Assembly (NCBI GenBank): GCA_012295275.1
Contig: CM022665.1
Coordinates: forward strand, 27,466,001 to 27,530,000
Direction of reading: 5' to 3'
DNA: 64,000 nt
Source of the DNA: Chrysomallon squamiferum
Taxonomy: Eukaryota; Animalia; Mollusca
Shown here piece after piece: positions 55,096 through 64,000 of the stretch. The position numbers and the translations under genes were made by a program. Below the pieces are notes generated by a model. The model ran no database searches and had not been told where the DNA came from. It saw only the letters and a program-made list of their open reading frames with translations. How positions within the stretch are numbered: position 1 is the first letter of the stretch; each line of letters opens with the position of its first letter.

Positions 55096-58000
55096 GAAAA
55101 AGAAAAAATTAAAGTGTAAAGGGCAAATTGTGTTTTGAATTTTTAAAAATTTATTTAATTACTTATTATTGTTATTATAGTTTTGTTTATTTCACCATCT
55201 CTGCTACCATTTGTAAATGATAAACGAAGAGTAGTATATTTATAAAATAAATAAATAAGGAAATAAAATAAAACAGTATTTTATGTTTAATACTTTTTGT
55301 TGTTGTTGTAATTACCAAAGTAGAAAAAAAGTTAACATGTCAGTGAACTTTGGTTCTGGCTGAAAAACACATGTCAAGAGACAATACAGTTATTTTCTTT
55401 TTAGATTATTTATTATTATTTTATTTTATTTTATTTATTTATTTTGATGTCATTATGTTTTGTTTTCAAATTTAAAAAAAAGAAAAAAAAAAAAATTAAT
55501 TTGCTTTTTGTTTTGTTTTTCTTTCATGTTTTCATTGTTTTCAAACTGACCATTGCTGTAGTGACTTTGTATAATTTCCAAAACAAGGATAAATCTGTTA
55601 TTAACCAAAATATGTATACTTTTTTTTCATTGTTACAACTACAGGTCTACAAAAAACAAATAATAAAATATTATTATTATTATTATTGTTATTATTAATA
55701 TATATTTTTAAAATAACAATCCAGTAGTATTTTTATTTACAATTTGTGACAGTGAATTATTAATATCTCCTATAAATATACATATAAATAAATAATGAAA
55801 TTACCTTTTACACGATATAATACATAATGAAAAATATTAATATATGACAGTTTAGTACTGTTCAGAACAATAATCCTAGCTGTTCTGATGATTTTTAGAA
55901 ATGGTCATTATTATAATAATTATTAATTAGATGAGGCAGTAATAAGTATGTTAATGCAGATCAATGGGCATTTTTGATTAAAATCTAGAAAATACATGAT
56001 TATAATTATCATTAGGACTAATGTATGCTGGTTGTATGAAATGGATAGTGATCTTTCAAAAGAATGAAGTAAGGGATACAAAAAGCTTTAGAAGTGTTAC
56101 ACACATTTTCTACATGGATTATTCAAATTATTAAGACTATACAAGATGAGTTCAAGGATATGTATTACAGTTAGACACTTATGTGTGTGTGTGAGTGTGT
56201 GTGTGTTTCTATGGTAGAGAATGTGACAGTATAGAAACAATACTGACCAAGATAAAAAAAATAAAAAAATAAAAAAATGAAATAAAATAAATTAAATTAA
56301 ATTAATATTGTACAAGGTATCATCTGATATATATTTTTTTAAACTTAATTAGCATCCACCCCCTTAAGTCAGGGAAAGTCAGTATATAAGCATATTCTAT
56401 ACTATAGTGTTTTAATTACTATATTTAATACTTATTTATATTCATGGTATGAAACTACATTTAACCTTTAATTTATATTCATGTATGAAAAAGGACTCAG
56501 TAGATTAACTAAGGAGGAATGATCCTGTGATCTATAACACTTCAGTTACACGCTCAATGCACTGAGCTAAGCACTGAATGAATGAATGAAAAAAATTAAC
56601 GTGCTAATCAGAGCTAGCTGTTGTGAAGCATGTCTACGAAAGGCACGCATTCTGTCTCTGCTATCTTAGATAATAACTCTTACAAATAAAATCCACAGAC
56701 AACACTGGTATACTTCAGTGAAATACAACATCATGGCAAAATATCAGATACACCAAGTTTTACAGTTTAGATATATTCTTTGTCACAATGGCTTGTGACA
56801 GCTACCCAGGGGTGGATCTGTTATGAAATTAATGAAGCTTAAGGTTCAGGGCCCCTAATCCAGTAGCAACTTTAGACCAACATTGCTTAAACATTTTAAT
56901 CACAATCTCAGATGTAAGTAAATTTTTAGAACTAGCCATGGAACACTGCCACAGAAGAAGATAACAATGGTTAGCCAGACATGTTTGATGGTTGCAAATA
57001 GCCCCCATAACAGTTCAAGTTTCAGGGCCCCACCCAAAACTGTAGGTCCACTACTGCTGCTAACTATATTGTACATTTTAAAAAGAAAAGAAAAAGAGAC
57101 CATATACAGCTGGCAATCAATAGCAACATGGCAACAGAAACAGAATATCTGTATATAACCAGTTATCTTTACTGCCATTCATACATAATATATCAACTGC
57201 TTTCTTGGGGTTTGTAATAATGGCTTTTATTATCCTTCTTTTATTTCAGTGAAGAACATTTTGTGCTTAGGATATATTATATTACCATGGTGTATGTTTA
57301 TAAAAGAAATAGCAAGAAAACAATTAATAATAAATAAATTTTATTCCAGGAAACTTATGAAAGAAAAGAGAGACAAATCCATTCAATTTATTCATATCCA
57401 CATCACACAAAAAATTTAAGATAACCTACCAATATGTGTGTGTATGTGTGTGTGTGTGTATGTTTTAAATAATTTATTTATTAATAAAACAAATTGTATT
57501 ATCAAGGAAAAGCTACCATTATCAGCATTTAAAACATTATTACATGTTCAAAATAAAAGAAATAAACATGTATTTCAGTTTTAACATCCTGTTTACCTTT
57601 ACTGTTCATTAGTGGTTGCCTTTATGACTCCTCCTATACATATAATTACCATTTTAAATAATCACATTAGAGCTTATAGGTTATCACCCTTCTAAGTAGA
57701 AATATATAAAAAAAATTAGGATTCATACCCAAAATATAAAAACTGGGCTCAGGACAGGGTATGCATTTAGCCCTGTAGAGGAGAGATTAAGACAGATCAC
57801 AGATTTTTTCATACAGATTCCACTATTTCCCATTCTGGCCAATAATTCATGATTATTGTCTACTTAAAACTGGGGTCTTTTCTTCTGCATAAATGAGGAG
57901 TTGCTAGGCAATGTTTGAAACACAATGGAATGGATCATCTATCAATAGCAGCTACTGTGTTTGTTAAGGAAATGATGTGCACTAAGAAATTAAAGGTTCT

Positions 58001-58660
58001 CAGTTTTTATCTTTTTCTGTGCATAAAAAGGTTTATGGTGTCAAATAGCCATTAGTCAAAGAGAATTAGTTGAAGTGTGTGACTGGTACCATTAAACAAA
58101 AATTTATATGCCAGGGGGTGTCATTAAACAACACTATATTCTAATTTTTTAATTTATATTAATTTAAAAACAAAAAACTGTTTTGATTTGTTTTTAAATT
58201 AAGATATACATATTAATAAAGATATTAAATTAATTTATTAATTTCATTTTCAGAGTATAGGATACTAGGCAAAAAAGGAGAAGGTACCTTTTCAGAGGTA
58301 CTGAAGTGCCAAAATATAAAAGATGGGAGTTACGTAGCTTGCAAGAAGATGAAGCAGACATATAGCAGGTATGTTGTATTTAGTTTGTATCTGCTTTCTT
58401 ACTGGTTTTTATAAAATGTTTTGTTATTACTAACACCTGTGATAACATATGTTTTTCACAAATTTGAAGAACAAAAATATGTAATATAATTTTGGAATTT
58501 TGGGTTAATTATCTGCCTCTGAAATCAGATGTGATGAGATAAACATATCATGAATAAATAAAGACACATTAATCTTCTTTGAATTTATTTATTTATATAC
58601 TTTTATTTTAATCTGAATATAGCTTATAAAAGAAATGCATGAAGACTTTCCTACATATAT

Positions 58661-58707
<47 letters not shown>

Positions 58708-61700
58708 GACATTGTTATAATATACTATTTGACATGGATGACACAACATTTGCAATCACAGATTAGCCACTAGATATTTTTATAGCGAGTGGGGTATAGT
58801 TTAAGAGCATTAAGAGCACACAGGAGGCCAAATCCCATATACAGTTCTATGATCTTCTAATGGTTACAATGTTACCCCCTTTAGATATTATCTCAGTTGG
58901 TATATTCCAGTGTTAAATGGTGCTGATTTACCTAATTATTTTATAAAGAGATTGCATCAGTGATGACAGAAAACAGTCTTTAAAAGTAGCTTATACCTCA
59001 GTGGTTTGATCACTTCACCTAATATGATGAGTTATTGTCTGGTGTGACCTGTTGTGGATTGTTTTCTATTCCATAGACTTTTGAATAAACTTTTGAATAA
59101 ACTTTGTGATAAACTGGAAATCACATAATATGACTTGGATGAGAAATGAATGGTTAATATATTATAAAACAACTGCAACACCAACACCAACACACATACA
59201 TTTTACAGACAGACAGAGAGAGAGAGAGAGACACACACACACACAGCCATGGTCACACACTCACATGATTTAATAGATATGCTGTGACAGGTTTTATCAT
59301 TAATTTTCATGATAATACTTTTCTATAAGTACAACATGAAAAATGTATTTAACTTTACATATATTTGAATTATGCATGGGTAAATACACTTCCTTCAGCT
59401 TGATTTCAAGTGGACATAAATGTTTCACAAATCACTTCTTTTGCCATGATGTCATTCATTTAGGTTGTTAAAGCTGAGAGCCAGCAAACATTACTGTCAC
59501 ATATCCAACTTGTATAGTCATATATTTACCCATCACTCCAAAACACACACCTTCAGTATTGAATTCCACTGGCACTGTCAATGGCTAGCTTTCGTCATGC
59601 ATTTGGTTCAGTCTTTTCAAATCATTTCAAAGGTTTCCATGTGCTGTACACAGGCTTCTGTTCTTTGAATTACACCAGAGGGAGTTTGTGTATATATATA
59701 TATATATATATTAATATCTGTTAGTAACCATTATCTGCCATCTGCCATAGTTATTTTTTTGGTCATTGTATGGCCATCAATTATTGAAAATCATCTAAAT
59801 ACGTGACTGTATAAGTCTATAAAGAAAACCATGCAGTTTTCGTTTAGTGTAGGTAAATGTATTGGACTGTGAAGCCATGGCCTGTTGTGATATACCAGTA
59901 CATTGACCGTCCTTTGAAGACAAATATCTGTCTCATGAACAGATCTGAAAAAGAAGGAACCCCCTCAACACACACACAAATACAGTTCTTTACTCAAATA
60001 CAATACTTTTTAATATCTTAAATAGAGATTTCTTTAATCATATAAAACAGCCAGACCCACAACTCTGTGTGTGGTAAAGATGTTTTTATTTTTCATGTTT
60101 TCTTTATGTTAACACAAACACTAGTCACATAATTCAGATTATTCCATTTTATTTTTTTTAATTCTTGTATTTTGTTGTTTAACCAGTTAATTCTAAATCC
60201 ATGTAGTAGATATTTTAAAATGTCCAATAAATACATCTTTATATAATGTTTTAGTCAAACAAATTATTTAATTAACTATTAGTAAATCTTAGTCTCTTAT
60301 ATAAATTTACTATTATACATTATCACATATTTTAGAATTAAAGTAAAGATCAGTTTCAATTTTATATTATTAACCAGTAAGAGAGATATTTTATTTTATT
60401 TGTACAGATCTTTATTACAATAACTTCCTTTCTAATTATGTTAATAATTTTCTATATATGTATATATATAATATTGTGCTAGATTGTTTTGTTGTGGTTT
60501 TTGTTTTTTGTGTTGTTATTATTATTATTTTTTTTTATCATTTAGGTCATTAAAATGATACAGATCTACATTTACAGTATCTAATATTTTTATGGAAGCA
60601 GTTTGTGGAATATTAATTATACTGCTGGCTTGAACTATGATAGGTTACAGGATCAGTTTTCTTGATATACCAACATACTAACACAAGCATTCTCTTGGTC
60701 AAGTATTTAAATGTCACAAGGATATAAAACTACTACACCTTTTCTTCTTTAAAGTGATTTTGTCACATTGTCTTAGTGGAGCCATGTTGTTACACTATTG
60801 TAGAAATGTTAAACTACAATACTTTCTTTTCTCTTCTGACATACTAAATCAAATACCTGTGTAAAATAATTAAACAACTGTCAAAATGTTCAACTGGAAT
60901 ACTTTCTTCCCTGTAAATAATCTTTGACTTTTGGCAGAGTAGTTAAACATTAGAAATGAAAAAATACTGTCTTTTCTAAATAATCTTCTAACATGCAGAC
61001 ACCAGCATTGTCTTGTACAGTAAATCATTATAGATATATTAAATTATTACACTATTCTCTGAAAATATATTTTTAGCAATTAAAAATCTTTGGCAGATAC
61101 AATTCATGTTCTTGACAGACTTGCTTAAATCTTCAACCAGTGTATGCACAGTTTACAAATGATTATTTGAATTGTTTTCATAACTTCATGCACTGGTTTA
61201 ATGTAGTAGAAAGATCATGTTACATTAATCCAGAGCAGTTGAAATATCGAGATCTACTTTTTATTGTTTCATTGTCTAATGAAGCAAATCTGTTGTTACG
61301 CTCCAGCAAGGCAGACAAGTATATCTTAATGTATTACAAGGAATGAGATAATATTTACACATGTATGAAATCTGTTCATATCTAAATAACTAAACTGCTT
61401 TATACACCACAGTGTAAATGGATTTAATAATATAGAAATTCTATTAATTAAGCTTACCTACATGAAACTTTTTTTCTTAAATTTTATGTTGTGAATATAT
61501 ATCATGATCACTCCAAAAAGTCAGTATTTTTCCTTTGAACAAAAGAACAGAAGAAACCATATCTTAAATTCTTTAGATTAACTTTCCTAGACTCTAACTA
61601 TGAAAAAAAAAGGAGAGATTTTGTTGGAAATTTTAAATGAGAATACTAGTGAGAGTTTATCATAGCGACAAGTGAAGTCAGTGTTTATGCTTGTTGTTTT

Positions 61701-62422
61701 TTTGGTTTGTTTGGTTTGTTTTGTCAACAGCATAGATGATAATCAAAATCAAATATTAGATTTTATTAATTCATTGTTTGATCATTGTAATATTGTGATT
61801 AGTTTTGAATGTGAAACTTTACATATATTCATATACATTTATATTCCTGTTGTGAATAATTATGTTTGATATTATTATTTTTTTTTCATTTATGCTTTTG
61901 CGAACAGTAAAGGACATTGAAATCATGCTTTAGATTTTTATCAGCATCTGTATCTGTATTTTTGAATATATGTTTACACTGGGTCATTATGCAGTCCTTG
62001 TCAAATCTGAAATTCAAAATAACTTTGATCTGTGCATCATGGAAAAGTAGTACAAGATAAATGAATTTTTAGATTTTTAAATATTGTTACTGTTGAGAAA
62101 CTTAATTTTCAACATGACCACCATCATTATGGTATAAGTGAAAATTAGCTACAAAATGTATTTCTAGAACTTCAGAATCATATCATGATTTATAGTCATA
62201 ATGACAGTGGTCATGTTTTACAGTATAGACTTCTTTTTTTTTAATGTAAATCTTTGAACACATGTTCATACGTATATATTTATTATATTCATGTTATAAA
62301 TACTTATGTAATGTTTGTATTTCTTCTTACAGTATAGAGCAGGTGAACAATCTGCGAGAAATTCAAGCCATGCGGCGTCTCAGTCCACACACTAATGTAC
62401 TGGAGCTGTATGAGGTCATATT
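54939..62422 (+). CDS. MOK: MAPK/MAK/MRK overlapping kinase, 5' part (continues beyond the window)
   Basis: Exons 54939-54957 (least certain), 58254-58368 and 62333-62422 give MNLLLEKYRILGKKGEGTFSEVLKCQNIKDGSYVACKKMKQTYSSIEQVNNLREIQAMRRLSPHTNVLELYEVI. GEGTFSEV, ACK.MKQ and EQVNNLREIQA are characteristic of MOK. Confidence 0.9.
56513..56572 (-). mobile_element. Degenerate tRNA-derived SINE head
   Basis: The minus strand reads TAGCTCAGTGCATTGAGCG (A-box-like) ... GATCACAGGATCATTCC (B-box-like). I cannot build an intact cloverleaf. Confidence 0.55.
56807..57056. mobile_element. hAT-like MITE (~250 bp) in MOK intron 1
   Basis: TIRs CAGGGGTGGATCT / AGGTCCACTACTG, internal repeated TTCAGGGCCCC, and flanking 8-mers CAGCTACC / CTGCTAAC (6 of 8 match, a decayed TSD). 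Confidence 0.7.
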
Positions 62423-62643
62423 GTAAGTTTACTTTTTCCTTCATCATTTTAACCCTCTGAACTCCAGCCAGTTTTAAACTAATACAAAATCCAAGTAATC
62501 AGACTTTCAAAACTCTATACAAAGGTCAGAAAATGTGGCCTTAGTGTGCATTAAGCCTAACCTAATAATAGGGATCTTCAGTGTTACTATGAGCAGTGTC
62601 ATTTGAGTATAAAACAAGTACCAAATAACTCGATAGGAGACTA

Positions 62644-62725
62644 CAGTGGACCCACCTTATTTGTGAGCATATGGTTCCAGGACCTTCCTGTGGATGTCCT
62701 GAAAGCATGGATGCTCTTGTCACTT
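62644..62725 (+). mobile_element. Decayed terminus of a Tigger/MER2-like element
   Basis: TA|CAGTGGACCCACCTTAT...TGGTTCCAGGACC..GTGGAT...GGATGCTC resembles Tigger-type termini as I recall them. The second TIR was not found. Confidence 0.5.
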
Positions 62726-64000
62726 CTAAACAAAGTTTAATTTGGCCATATACATATGTTTATACCTTGAAATGTTCTTCTAAGAATTGCTAAAACCAAA
62801 GTAAATCATATTGACTACATTTTTTTGTTTTATTATTCTCTGTGTCAACATAAGAAAAAATTAACTGTACAGTTATTTAAAAAAATATATATTTTGGTTA
62901 ACCTGGGCTAAATGTAATATATTTCTGACTGATATAAATAATAAATCTTATTTTTGTGAACAAATAATTACATTCCAGATTTATATGTTACAATACATCT
63001 GGGTTTTTTGATGAGATTTATACAGTGATTAATTTATTTTTAATGTTAGTTGAATGATAAATAAATTGTCCTATTAACAAAGCTCTCTGTATGCATTCAG
63101 CTATCTTAATAAAACCACTCATGCAAAAACAATCAGGATTCCCTTGTGATTAATAAAAAGGTATTAAAATTATCCTTGTGACTCACCACCAATGACTGTT
63201 ATATTCTTAGGTTTTATTCTGTTAGGCTTGATTGAATGAATGTTTAACTATGCATTTCAATACTGACATCTCAGTACATTTTAATATTGACAGTTGTTTG
63301 GGGTCAAAACTACAGATTTTTTTGTTGTTGTATTTTAGTGGGTTTTTAAAAATTTGTTTTGTATTATTATGATGATATAAAAAAAGATACTTGAATAGGC
63401 TACTCTTACTGACTGATTAGCAGCAAATGAACCAACTGTAAAACATTAACTGGATAAAAAAAACTCTTCATTCCAACGAAAACTTTGTGACTGATTTTTT
63501 CAAAACAATATAAAACAATAAGAAGAAAATAAGAAAATTATTGTTGTTGTTGTTATTTTGCAGACTCGTTTTATTTATTTTTCAGTAATGAAAAAATACC
63601 TGTATTCATGCAATTTTCAAAACCAAAATCAGTACCATAATAAGTACTGTAATCAAGTTATTTTAATAATTTACTACTCTCATGTGGTATGTATTTTGTA
63701 TAGTTAAAAAATTTGACCCTCACTAAACATTTCCTCAGATCAGTGGTAGACATAAAACTGTTCAGGGTCACTTGTTCTTTTTTAATTAACACATTAATGT
63801 TGTCTGTGATGTATAATTAATTTGATAAGTATTTCTCTTATTCTTTAGATTACCATAAAAGTACATGGTTAAACAAATGTAGCTCTGTTTTTAAACACCC
63901 TCATACACACACACACACACACACACACACATGCTTATAAATACATTCATATGAAATGTACATATGCCAAAACCTACTTCCAGTGAGCATGTAAATACTA

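Noticed and set aside
56513-56572. Possible tRNA gene
   Set aside because: A/B-box-like remnants only, with no intact acceptor or anticodon stems. Better explained as a SINE head.

Overview
AT-rich, microsatellite-rich, intron-containing animal DNA, most likely an invertebrate such as a mollusc (inferred from composition and gene structure only). I built gene models by hand from splice sites and reading phase. In order: three tandem countin-like genes (signal peptide + saposin B + Cys-containing C-terminal domain; +; copy 1 frameshifted and carrying a Tigger/pogo remnant), a small 89-aa single-pass membrane protein gene (-) head-to-head with RNASEH2C (+), ataxin-3 (-) head-to-head with TMEM179 (+), PHF10 with an ~875-aa acidic N-terminal extension (-) head-to-head with a PAR/Giant/CES-2-like bZIP gene (+), and the first three exons of the kinase MOK (+), which runs off the window. 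There are also several MITEs, a SINE head and tandem repeats. The best candidate for an undescribed system is the diversified countin-like cluster, animal relatives of the Dictyostelium cell-counting factor subunit. Most entries in the ORF track are microsatellite or shadow artefacts. All homology calls come from motif recognition, not database searches.
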